Source: an uncultured Thermoproteales archaeon
GTDB lineage: Archaea; Thermoproteota; Thermoprotei; Thermofilales; B9-G17
Direction: 5' to 3'
DNA length: 24,000 nucleotides
Assembly (NCBI GenBank): GCA_964550975.1
Contig: CAZKAY010000005.1
Span: 1 to 24,000, forward strand
In this document: piece after piece, positions 8,455 to 16,046 of the stretch
Position numbering within the stretch: the stretch's first letter is position 1
How the letters are laid out: the number at the start of each line of letters is the position of its first letter
Notes under the pieces: model-generated
Told to the model about the DNA's origin: nothing
The model's input: only the letters and a program-made list of their open reading frames with translations
The model's database searches: none
Made by a program: the position numbers and the translations under genes

Positions 8455-8964
8455 ATGATAGAGACTAAGATAATCGAAAGAGAAGTTTTTATTCAAAACA
8501 AAGATGAGGGAAGTCGATTTTATAACAATGGATATGGTATATGGTGTGAACAAGGGCTAAAGCTTTCATTAGTAGAGGCGTTATACCTAGTTGAGAAGGG
8601 AGAAATAGTTATAAAAGATGAAAATGATAAAACTTTGACATTAAAAGATATAGTAAACCTATTTTCAAAAATGGATAAAAAATTCTGGTTAAAGTATTCT
8701 ATATATAATGATTTGAAAAAGAGAGGATTTAACGTTAAACCAGGTTTTTCAGAGGAGGAGATAGAATTTTTAATGGGAGAGGGAGGTAAGAAGTTTTCAT
8801 TTAATTATATAGTAATTGGATTAGAAGAGGGAGTAAAATTGGATTTTAATAGTTTAACACAAATGGTGGATGAAGCATTAAGGTCTCAAAAGGAATTAAT
8901 ACTTGCAATTATAGATAAAGAAGGAAATATTTCTTACTATACTGTTACTAAACTAATAAGATAA
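8455..8964 (+). CDS. tRNA-splicing endonuclease family protein, probably the non-catalytic (structural, beta) subunit
   Basis: 169 aa. LSLVEALYL, YNDLKKRGFNVKPG and ELILAIIDKEGNISYYTV align with M. jannaschii EndA as I recall it. The positions of the catalytic Tyr and His read M and F here (IEFLMGEG, KKFSFNY), while the Lys position is kept. Confidence 0.7.
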   Translation: MIETKIIEREVFIQNKDEGSRFYNNGYGIWCEQGLKLSLVEALYLVEKGEIVIKDENDKTLTLKDIVNLFSKMDKKFWLKYSIYNDLKKRGFNVKPGFSEEEIEFLMGEGGKKFSFNYIVIGLEEGVKLDFNSLTQMVDEALRSQKELILAIIDKEGNISYYTVTKLIR

Positions 8965-8965
8965 G

Positions 8966-9061
8966 CGCCGCGGGTGGGATTTGAACCCACGAGGCCTTTC
9001 GGCCAAGGGGCTCGCCAGTTTTTAGCAACCCCTCGCCCTAACCTGACTAGGCGACCGCGGC
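8966..9061 (-). tRNA. tRNA-Ser (anticodon GCT), class II, with a ~11-nt anticodon-loop intron
   Basis: 96 nt. GCCGCGG/CCGCGGC plus G, anticodon stem AGGGG/CCCCT enclosing TTGCTA-AAAACTGGCGA-G, variable arm GGCC-GAAA-GGCC, T arm GTGGG-TTCAAAT-CCCAC. It starts 2 nt beyond the stop codon of the EndA-like gene on the opposite strand. Confidence 0.85.
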
Positions 9062-9084
9062 AAAATAAATATACGTGTTCGAAG

Positions 9085-9092
9085 ATATATAT
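9085..9092 (-). promoter_or_regulatory. TATA-like box (ATATATAT) for tRNA-Ser(GCT)
   Basis: Centred about 27-28 nt upstream of G1 of the tRNA (9061). Confidence 0.4.
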
Positions 9093-9097
9093 TTTTC

Positions 9098-10450
9098 TTA
9101 TGTGAAATACGCTTGTCTTAGATAATGATTATATTGAGTCCTGGGACTTATTTCGTATGCAATATTTTTTAACATAAGTTCTCTTATTTCCTTTAAGCTT
9201 GTTGCTCTGTATAGAACCCAGCTTAATTTTACAAAGGCTGTTTCAGAAAGCATATCTTCACATGGAATAACTCCCATTTTTAGTAATTCTATACCTCTCC
9301 TATATACATTTAAGTTTACTCTCCCCCATATACATTGAGAGGTTATTGCCACTGGTATTTCTTCATCAATTGCTCTTTTAATTGATTTAAGTAACTTTTT
9401 GCCCACATGTCCTAATCCGGTGCCTTCAATCACAATTCCCTTATAGTTTAGGTCTATCAATCTATCAATTATTTCTCCTTCCATTCCAGGGAAAAATTTT
9501 ATCAATGCAACTTTTTCTTCAAAGCCGTTTTCCAGAGAAATTTTTCCTCCTACTCTTTTTCTAACATTTTTTGTTAACATTACTATTTCTCCATCTTTTA
9601 CCATAGCTATTGGGCTAGAATTAATCGACTGAAATGCGTCACGTCTACTAGTATGACATTTCCTAACTCTAGTACCTCTATGAACTAGCACTATATCATC
9701 ACTAGTATCTCCATGCATTGCGACTACAACTTCACCGAAAATAGCCTTCGTAGCTATAACAAAAGATGAATAAAGATTAAGTATAGTGTCTGAAGAGGGT
9801 CTGTCAGATGATCGCTGAGCACCTACAAGTATAACTGGTCCTGGAAGGTTCCTCAGAGAAAAGCTTAATGCAGCGGCAGTGTAGCCCATAGTATCAGTAC
9901 CATGCGCTACTATTATCCCGGAAATCTCTTCTTCCAAATATTTTTCATAAATTTTTTCTGCAAGAGTGCTCCATTTATTAGGATCCATATCTTCACTAAA
10001 AATACTAAACACCATTTCTACTTTAATGTTGGCTATCTCCTCTAACTCCGGAATCATTGTATATATATCCCGTGGTGTATAAAAAGGGTATACCGCACCA
10101 GTTTTATAGTCAATACGCGAGGCAATAGTTCCTCCGGTACCAAGTATTATAACTGTGGGAAGTGATGGATTGTAGTTTATTTCTTTATACTTTTTAAGAA
10201 TAGGTTTCACGTACTTTTTTAGAAGTCTGATCTTTTCAACTTTAGCAATGTTTATACCAATATTATAACCATTTTTTAATTTCAATATTATACAGTCAGG
10301 ATCTCCATACTGAGGTCTAGGCATCACTATTCCTTCAATTCTATTACCATTGGTCAATGATATTGAAATAGCATCAAATACATCTATGTTATTTTGACTA
10401 AATAAAATTCTTATCTTTTCACTATATCCTTGTTTTTCCATCCTGTTCAC
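9098..10450 (-). CDS. gatD: Glutamyl-tRNA(Gln) amidotransferase subunit D
   Basis: 450-aa ORF with an asparaginase-type domain (ILGTGGTIAS, AHGTDTMGYTAAALSF) behind a GatD-type N-terminal domain. GTG at 10450 or ATG at 10441. Confidence 0.9.
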   Translation of the reverse strand: MNRMEKQGYSEKIRILFSQNNIDVFDAISISLTNGNRIEGIVMPRPQYGDPDCIILKLKNGYNIGINIAKVEKIRLLKKYVKPILKKYKEINYNPSLPTVIILGTGGTIASRIDYKTGAVYPFYTPRDIYTMIPELEEIANIKVEMVFSIFSEDMDPNKWSTLAEKIYEKYLEEEISGIIVAHGTDTMGYTAAALSFSLRNLPGPVILVGAQRSSDRPSSDTILNLYSSFVIATKAIFGEVVVAMHGDTSDDIVLVHRGTRVRKCHTSRRDAFQSINSSPIAMVKDGEIVMLTKNVRKRVGGKISLENGFEEKVALIKFFPGMEGEIIDRLIDLNYKGIVIEGTGLGHVGKKLLKSIKRAIDEEIPVAITSQCIWGRVNLNVYRRGIELLKMGVIPCEDMLSETAFVKLSWVLYRATSLKEIRELMLKNIAYEISPRTQYNHYLRQAYFT

Positions 10451-10462
10451 TTACATTTTAAG

Positions 10463-10621
10463 CTAACCAGTTTGTTGAAGATATGTAGGATAAACTATCC
10501 TTTTCATATAATTCCTCCTATTTCTTCTTCTAGGAAATGGATTTTTCCTAGGAATCGGAGGAATTTTTGGCGTTGCGTTTCTTACCTTTCCAGCCTTATT
10601 TAACGAACCATGTGAAGGCAT
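10463..10621 (-). CDS. rps30e: 30S ribosomal protein eS30 (S30e)
   Basis: My own translation gives MPSHGSLNKAGKVRNATPKIPPIPRKNPFPRRRNRRNYMKRIVYPTYLQQTG (52 aa, too short for the ORF track). The MPSHGSL.KAGKVR N-terminus is the eS30 signature. GAGGTGA lies 4 nt upstream of the ATG. Confidence 0.85.
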   Translation of the reverse strand: MPSHGSLNKAGKVRNATPKIPPIPRKNPFPRRRNRRNYMKRIVYPTYLQQTG

Positions 10622-10746
10622 CTTCTCACCTCTTCTTAATTATTACAACAATCCTCTATAAGTAAATTTCGTTCATCAAAGATGAAAGTTTCTCTACTAT
10701 TTTTGTAACTATTCCTCGCATTTATTAGTATTTTCAATGGGAAAAA

Positions 10747-10755
10747 TTTATATTT
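10747..10755 (+). promoter_or_regulatory. TATA-like box (TTTATATTT) with an upstream purine-rich BRE-like GGGAAAAA for tRNA-Val(TAC)
   Basis: Centred about 27 nt upstream of G10778 (third nucleotide of the predicted tRNA) and 25 nt upstream of C10776. Confidence 0.45.
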
Positions 10756-10775
10756 CACAACTTACGATATTTATT

Positions 10776-10864
10776 CTGCCCGTAGTCTAGTGGTTAGGAT
10801 TTCACTCTTACGAGGATTAACATTAAGATAGGTGAGGACCCCGGTTCGAATCCGGGCGGGCCCA
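10776..10864 (+). tRNA. tRNA-Val (anticodon TAC) with a 17-nt intron at 37/38 and an unpaired 5' CU
   Basis: CTGCCCG TA GTCT-AGTGGTTA-GGAT T TCACT-CTTACG[AGGATTAACATTAAGAT]A-GGTGA GGAC CCCGG-TTCGAAT-CCGGG CGGGCCC A. Confidence 0.8.
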
Positions 10865-10958
10865 TTTATCTCTTCTATAAATCAATTTACTATAATTTAT
10901 TATTGAAAAGAAAGATAAATTTAAACTAATATAAAGTCTTTGAATATTAGGGGATATT

Positions 10959-11672
10959 TTGTCTGAAAGTATTTTTGACAACATATGGATAGTATTATAT
11001 GAACCTATCTATGAAATAAACATAGGCTATATAGCTAGATGTATGAAGAATTTCTCTCTAAGAAATTTATTTCTTGTAAATCCTATAACTATTATAGGTT
11101 CAACAGCTTTCAAGTACGCGTCAAAGGCAAATGATATTCTTGAAAATGTTAAAATAGTAGATTCTATTAAAAAAATATTCGATGAAACCGATTTCATTGT
11201 AGGTACAACAGGTAAAGTCGGTGGGCCTCGAAATATCGTTAGAAGATCGGTTTCTCCAGAAGTTTTTGCAAAAAATGTTAGTAAAATAAATGGGATAGTT
11301 TCAATAATTTTTGGTAGAGAGGATATCGGTTTACCCAACAACATTTTAGCTCAATGTGATATAATTATAAATATAAAGACGGATCCAAAGTATTCGATAC
11401 TTAATATTTCTCATGCAGCAGCTATAATTTTTTATGAGATCTTTAAGTACTATAAGCCCAGAAAAATAAAGAAAATATCTTCTGAATATCAATTGAAAAT
11501 ACTTGAGAGAAAAATATCATCAATTTTAGAGGAAATTAATTTGTCTGAACGCGAGAGAATTCGTGCAAAATTAGTATTTAAAAGAGTACTTGGAAGAGCG
11601 TTTTTACAAAAAGATGAGATAGGGGTTTTATTAAATATGTTTAAGAAAATTGAAAGAAAAATAATGAAGTAA
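10959..11672 (+). CDS. SPOUT-class RNA 2'-O-methyltransferase (TrmJ/TrmH family)
   Basis: 237-aa ORF with a TTG start. IVLYEPIYEINIGYIARCMKNF, IIFGREDIGLPN and SILNISHAAAIIFYE match the SpoU/TrmJ motifs. Confidence 0.8.
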   Translation: MSESIFDNIWIVLYEPIYEINIGYIARCMKNFSLRNLFLVNPITIIGSTAFKYASKANDILENVKIVDSIKKIFDETDFIVGTTGKVGGPRNIVRRSVSPEVFAKNVSKINGIVSIIFGREDIGLPNNILAQCDIIINIKTDPKYSILNISHAAAIIFYEIFKYYKPRKIKKISSEYQLKILERKISSILEEINLSERERIRAKLVFKRVLGRAFLQKDEIGVLLNMFKKIERKIMK

Positions 11673-11859
11673 AGAGCATATTAGTTATTAATAATCTCCC
11701 AATACTTATTCAGATAATCTAATGTATTTACCTATAGATAAAACGGTAGACTCAGAAGTTAATATATTCCTAACACATTAAGATATATCTCTCTATATAT
11801 GGAAGGTGTACATCACAAGCATTAATACATTATGTTATCTCTACTATTTTTGACCAAAT

Positions 11860-13077
11860 ATGAATATCACAAAATTAGAGGATATTTTTAACTTAGCTTT
11901 GCAGTCGAGAATTTTTTTAAATCGTGAATTTTTATTACCGGATTATGTTCCAGAGGAATTGCCTCATAGAGATAAACAGATAATGAAGCTAGGAAGTATC
12001 TTAGCACCCGCGTTAGCTAATTCAAGGCCTCAAAATGTTTTTATATACGGATTAACAGGTACTGGAAAGACTGCTGTGACGAGATATGTATTAAGAAAAA
12101 TGCTCGAGAGAGACGATAAAAAGGTTGCTTTTTCTTATATTAATTGTAGGATGAATGACACTAACTACAGAGTACTCGTGGATCTAATAAAGTCTCTTGG
12201 AAAACAAGTTCCCTTTACTGGATTATCAACAGCAGAGGTTTTGAATAGATTTACAGAATATTTAGATCGAAAAAATAGAATAATGATTGTAGTATTAGAT
12301 GAAGTAGACTACTTAGTTAAAAAAAGTGGGGACAATATATTATATCATCTCACAAGATTAAATTCTATACTTAAGAAATCTAAACTTTCGATTATAGGGA
12401 TCACGAATGATCTAAATTTTATTAGTTATCTTGATTCACGAGTAAAAAGTAGTTTATGTGAAAGGGAATTAATTTTCCCCCCATATACTACTCAAGAGCT
12501 TGAAGATATATTAATTCGACGAGCAGAAAAAGCTCTGAGAAAGGAAGCTATAGGAAATGGCGTTATTTCTCTATGTGCAGCTATTGCTGCTAAGCAAAAT
12601 GGGGATTGTCGTTTAGCATTAGATCTATTATTAAAATCGGCTGAGATAGCTGAAGAAGAAGGATTATCTAAGATTACTGAAGATATCGTACGCAGAGCTC
12701 AACGAGAAATAGAGAGAGATCTCGTAATTGATTTAGTGAAATCAATGCCATTTCATTTAAAAATGATCTTGTTCTCAATATATTTGCTTAAAGAGCGAGG
12801 AGATAAAAGGATTACGACTGGTGATGTATATGATTTTTATAAAAAGCTTGGAAATAAACTGGGTATCGACATAGTTACTCATAGACGGGTAAGCGACATA
12901 ATTAGTGAACTAGATACATTGGGTATAGTTAATTCGAAAATTGTTAGCCTAGGACGCTATGGTAGAACGAAGATAATAAATCTTTCTGCAAGTAAGAAGA
13001 GTATAATTATGGGATTAAGAGAGGATAATTATTTTACTACAATCATAGATGAAATATTGAAGACAAATTATAGATAA
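11860..13077 (+). CDS. cdc6: Orc1/Cdc6 replication initiator
   Basis: 405-aa ORF. LPHRDKQI, Walker A GLTGTGKT, Walker B VVLDEVDYL and a C-terminal winged-helix region (HRRVSDIISELDTLGIV) are present. Confidence 0.9.
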   Translation: MNITKLEDIFNLALQSRIFLNREFLLPDYVPEELPHRDKQIMKLGSILAPALANSRPQNVFIYGLTGTGKTAVTRYVLRKMLERDDKKVAFSYINCRMNDTNYRVLVDLIKSLGKQVPFTGLSTAEVLNRFTEYLDRKNRIMIVVLDEVDYLVKKSGDNILYHLTRLNSILKKSKLSIIGITNDLNFISYLDSRVKSSLCERELIFPPYTTQELEDILIRRAEKALRKEAIGNGVISLCAAIAAKQNGDCRLALDLLLKSAEIAEEEGLSKITEDIVRRAQREIERDLVIDLVKSMPFHLKMILFSIYLLKERGDKRITTGDVYDFYKKLGNKLGIDIVTHRRVSDIISELDTLGIVNSKIVSLGRYGRTKIINLSASKKSIIMGLREDNYFTTIIDEILKTNYR

Positions 13078-13131
13078 CTCATTATTTAGCGAGTAAGAAT
13101 ACATATTTATTTTAACCTTTATATAAATACT

Positions 13132-13305
13132 ATGGCAAGAATTTCTGTTAGAATTCCAGAATATTATGATAAAGTCATGAAAAAACTTATAAAGGCGGGT
13201 TTATTTAAATCCAAATCAGAGATCTTAAGAGAATCAATAAATATTTTTATTGAATATGAGCTAAAAAATATGGTGATTAGTGAGAATGAATATAACACAA
13301 TTTGA
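13132..13305 (+). CDS. Ribbon-helix-helix (CopG/NikR-like) DNA-binding protein
   Basis: My own translation gives MARISVRIPEYYDKVMKKLIKAGLFKSKSEILRESINIFIEYELKNMVISENEYNTI (57 aa, below the track cutoff). The pattern R-I-S-V-x-I-P ... G-x-F-x-S-K-S-E-x-x-R is the classic RHH signature. It overlaps the start of the next gene. Confidence 0.7.
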   Translation: MARISVRIPEYYDKVMKKLIKAGLFKSKSEILRESINIFIEYELKNMVISENEYNTI

Positions 13306-14041
13306 AAAAGAGGTCTTTACCTTAGTTCCAACTGGAATAAAGGGATTGGATAAAGTTATCGGAGGCGGTTTTATAAAGGGTAGAACGTATCTTGTAGCAG
13401 GAGAAACAGGTACAGGTAAAACACTTTTTTCATTAAATTATCTAGTATATGGAGCTTCGATAAATGAGCCTGGAGTATATATACTAGTAGATGAAGATGT
13501 GGAAGATTTAATGCGTGGTGCTAAAGCCTTTGGATGGGATCTTGAGGTTCTTGTAACACAGAAAAAATTGAGTATAATGACACTACTGCCAGAATTTACC
13601 GAGAGGTTTAGAAATAAATCGATTGATACCATAATTTTATCAATAGCTAAAGATATAATGAGAGAAGTACGTAGAATTAATGCTAAGAGACTTGTAATAG
13701 ACCCCGTGGCGCCACTTGTAATTGCTGAGAAAAATGTTATATCGACACGCGAGTATATAAGAAATTTAGTCATTACAATTGAAAGAGGCTTAGGTACAAC
13801 TACTATAATTACTTCTGAGATTCCTACTAATAGTAATGCTTTAAGTAGATTTGGTGTAGAAGAATTTTTGGCTGCAGGAGTTATAGTACTTGGAATCGAA
13901 AGAAAGGGTAATGATTTTTATAGAACACTATTTATAAGAAAGATGAGATGGAGACCAGTACCTCCAAGCATTTATCTCTTTGATATAGTACCAAGTTATG
14001 GACTAGTTGTAAAACCGTTTAAAGTTCCCGAGGTAAAATAA
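13286..14041 (+). CDS. KaiC/RadA-like RecA-superfamily ATPase (single domain)
   Basis: VPTGIKGLDKVIGGGFIKGRTYLVAGETGTGKT (Walker A) and RLVIDPV (Walker B) are present. GTG at 13280 or ATG at 13286. Confidence 0.8.
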   Translation: MNITQFEKEVFTLVPTGIKGLDKVIGGGFIKGRTYLVAGETGTGKTLFSLNYLVYGASINEPGVYILVDEDVEDLMRGAKAFGWDLEVLVTQKKLSIMTLLPEFTERFRNKSIDTIILSIAKDIMREVRRINAKRLVIDPVAPLVIAEKNVISTREYIRNLVITIERGLGTTTIITSEIPTNSNALSRFGVEEFLAAGVIVLGIERKGNDFYRTLFIRKMRWRPVPPSIYLFDIVPSYGLVVKPFKVPEVK

Positions 14042-15101
14042 ATGGCCGGCCACCTATCAAAATATATTTAACTATTTTTTCCTTAGGTATAAATGGTAAT
14101 GAAATACTGTATGTATGATAGTTTTTTACGTCCAAAAGTTGTATTAAGTTCTTAGATTTAGATATAATAATACCGTATCCATATTCTACTTTATCAACAA
14201 TATTATATTCCTTACTAGATAGGTACATTTTATTTAGAGTTTTTTTCCTATAGTTCTCTAAAGAGATTATAATAATTTTTTCTTTATCTATTCTTTTAAC
14301 AAAATAATATTTCTTTTTTCTTTCGATAATATCTCCTGCTTTAATAGTTGGAAGAAGCAGTCTTATAGTGGTCTGATATTTTTCTTCTTTTCTAGGAGTG
14401 GATTTCAACATTTTAGATGTGGTAGACATACTAAATGGATATTTTTTCCTAAGGTTTCTTACAATTTTATTAGCTAATGATTTTGAATTAAGTTTGATAT
14501 CGATGGATCCTCTCTCTCCTTCTTCTATATCTATAAAGAACATTTCTTTTTTATTCTCGTAAGTAGATTTTACAGTGTTTTTAACTACCTTTAAAATATT
14601 TTTCTTTTCTTCTCCCTTTATTGGTCTATTTTTAGCCCTTATCTGTATTATAACTCTTTTGCTCTTGTAAAAATTAATCTTACATTTTCTACATATATGA
14701 TATTTTATTGTAACTTCTATTTTTTTATTAGTATTATATAAAACTTTGTCGTCTATATACCTTGAAATTGTTATATCGGCTTGAAATATTCTTTCATCGT
14801 CTTTATCACTAATTACATTTATTTCTATAGAAGAGAGTTTAAATATGTTGGTATCGAGAACGGATTTATTTTTAATCACTTTAAGTATAATTTTCTTTAA
14901 AAATTTTTCCCAATTAACTTCTTTTTTTCTTGGAAAATAATAGTTATCCAGATATAGGGATCCGCATATTTTGCATTCATTTAAGGATATTTTAGAAGGG
15001 AGTCTTATATTGTCAATTTTAGATCTATAGCAATTTATACATATATTATTGTAAAGTTTTTCAGTACTTTTCCCACAGAGTGCACAGAATCGTTTATACA
15101 T
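14019..15101 (-). CDS. NMD3-family protein (archaeal homologue of the 60S subunit export/biogenesis factor)
   Basis: The N-terminal Cys clusters FCALCGK...CINCY...CKICGS match the NMD3 N-terminal domain. The ATG at 15101 (MYKRFCALCGK) is preferred over the track start at 15149, which would overlap the upstream gene. Confidence 0.7.
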   Translation of the reverse strand: MYKRFCALCGKSTEKLYNNICINCYRSKIDNIRLPSKISLNECKICGSLYLDNYYFPRKKEVNWEKFLKKIILKVIKNKSVLDTNIFKLSSIEINVISDKDDERIFQADITISRYIDDKVLYNTNKKIEVTIKYHICRKCKINFYKSKRVIIQIRAKNRPIKGEEKKNILKVVKNTVKSTYENKKEMFFIDIEEGERGSIDIKLNSKSLANKIVRNLRKKYPFSMSTTSKMLKSTPRKEEKYQTTIRLLLPTIKAGDIIERKKKYYFVKRIDKEKIIIISLENYRKKTLNKMYLSSKEYNIVDKVEYGYGIIISKSKNLIQLLDVKNYHTYSISLPFIPKEKIVKYILIGGRPFILPREL

Positions 15102-15103
15102 TT

Positions 15104-15433
15104 TTAACCCATTTTTATTATTTGAACATGTGGTATGTTTTCTATCCATATTGCAGCGATATATATGTTATCATAAATTTTAGATAGGGCATCTACTACA
15201 TCTTTTCCGATAGCATTAATAATGGTGGCGCTTTTACACATTTTTTCTATTTCGGAAATTTTTATTTTTTTCTCTCCATAAAATTTTTTACTAATAGTTA
15301 TCTTCGTTTTACCTTTAATTAGGGTACGATCTATCAATTTTTCGTCGCAAAGGGCTAATACAGTAATATCTAAATGCCTATGTATTTTCATATAGCAGTA
15401 TTTTTCAATGTAATTAGGCATTTTTCTCGCCAA
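15104..15433 (-). CDS. DUF424-like conserved archaeal protein (function unknown)
   Basis: 109-aa ORF. MKIH...VLALCDEKLIDRTL...ISKKFYGEKK...TIINAIGKDVV...IENIPHVQII resembles the COG2412/DUF424 pattern as I recall it. Its stop lies 2 nt before the NMD3 start. Confidence 0.5.
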   Translation of the reverse strand: MARKMPNYIEKYCYMKIHRHLDITVLALCDEKLIDRTLIKGKTKITISKKFYGEKKIKISEIEKMCKSATIINAIGKDVVDALSKIYDNIYIAAIWIENIPHVQIIKMG

Positions 15434-15609
15434 AATTATGCTAATACTTTTACTAAAAGTATTATCTATATTCCCTATTAACTAAAGTAAATATATTTTT
15501 ATATTCCAATCCTCTTATATATGATACATAGTTTTAGTTTTTTCCTTAACCTATGACTAAAAATAAGTTCATAAAATCTAGCTTAGCAAAGTGTATTTTT
15601 AAATTCAAA

Positions 15610-15695
15610 TGCCCGGGGAGGGATTTGAACCCTCGACCCTCCGGTTTCAGATGTCATCTTCAGCCGGATGCTCTCCCAGTCTGAGCTACCCGGGC
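15610..15695 (-). tRNA. tRNA-Phe (anticodon GAA) with a ~12-nt anticodon-loop intron
   Basis: GCCCGGG TA GCTC-AGACTGGGA-GAGC A TCCGG-CTGAAG[ATGACATCTGAA]A-CCGGA GGGTC GAGGG-TTCAAAT-CCCTC CCCGGGC A. Confidence 0.9.
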
Positions 15696-15937
15696 GTCTA
15701 ATAATATTAACATATGCAGATTTATAAAATTTTCTAAATGCATGAGGTTAATAGTGTTTTCATTACAAATTCTTGATAGTTTCTAGTCCCATAATGGACT
15801 TGGAATTTTTTCAATATAACTATATATTTAGAAATTACAGAGAATAGGTGTTATCTTATAAAATTAAAACTCGTTACTATGCTGATAGAGAAAAAAACAT
15901 AAATAAGCCTAAACAATATTTTAATAAGCATATTATT

Positions 15938-16024
15938 GGGGCCGTAGTCTAGCTTGGTATGATGCGTGGCTTGGGTCTAAGGCAAGAACCCACGTGGACC
16001 GGGGTTCAAATCCCCGCGGCCCCA
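15938..16024 (+). tRNA. tRNA-Pro (anticodon TGG) with a ~13-nt anticodon-loop intron
   Basis: GGGGCCG ... CGTGG-CTTGGG[TCTAAGGCAAGAA]C-CCACG TGGAC CGGGG-TTCAAAT-CCCCG CGGCCCC A. Confidence 0.85.
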
Positions 16025-16046
16025 TAATTACTACTAAGTGGGAAAT

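Noticed and set aside
10739-10777. The idea that the missing G1G2 of tRNA-Val(UAC) is supplied by an upstream mini-exon (GG at 10739-10740, with a similar CAATTGG about 41 nt upstream of the other Val gene) separated by an intron
   Set aside because: The intervening sequence contains the best BRE/TATA candidates at promoter distance, so the upstream GG is probably not transcribed. I also could not draw a BHB-like pairing. It remains formally possible.
11673-11859. Possible replication origin (ORB / mini-ORB repeats) in the intergenic regions flanking orc1/cdc6, also checked at 13078-13131
   Set aside because: I found no repeated CCAGTGGAAA-like ORB core and no obvious inverted repeats by eye. 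An origin may still be nearby, but this sequence does not support calling one.
14043-14050. GGCCGGCC palindrome, a conspicuous GC island
   Set aside because: It lies within the NMD3-like coding frame (IGGRPF) just downstream of the KaiC-like stop, and there is no extended structure around it.
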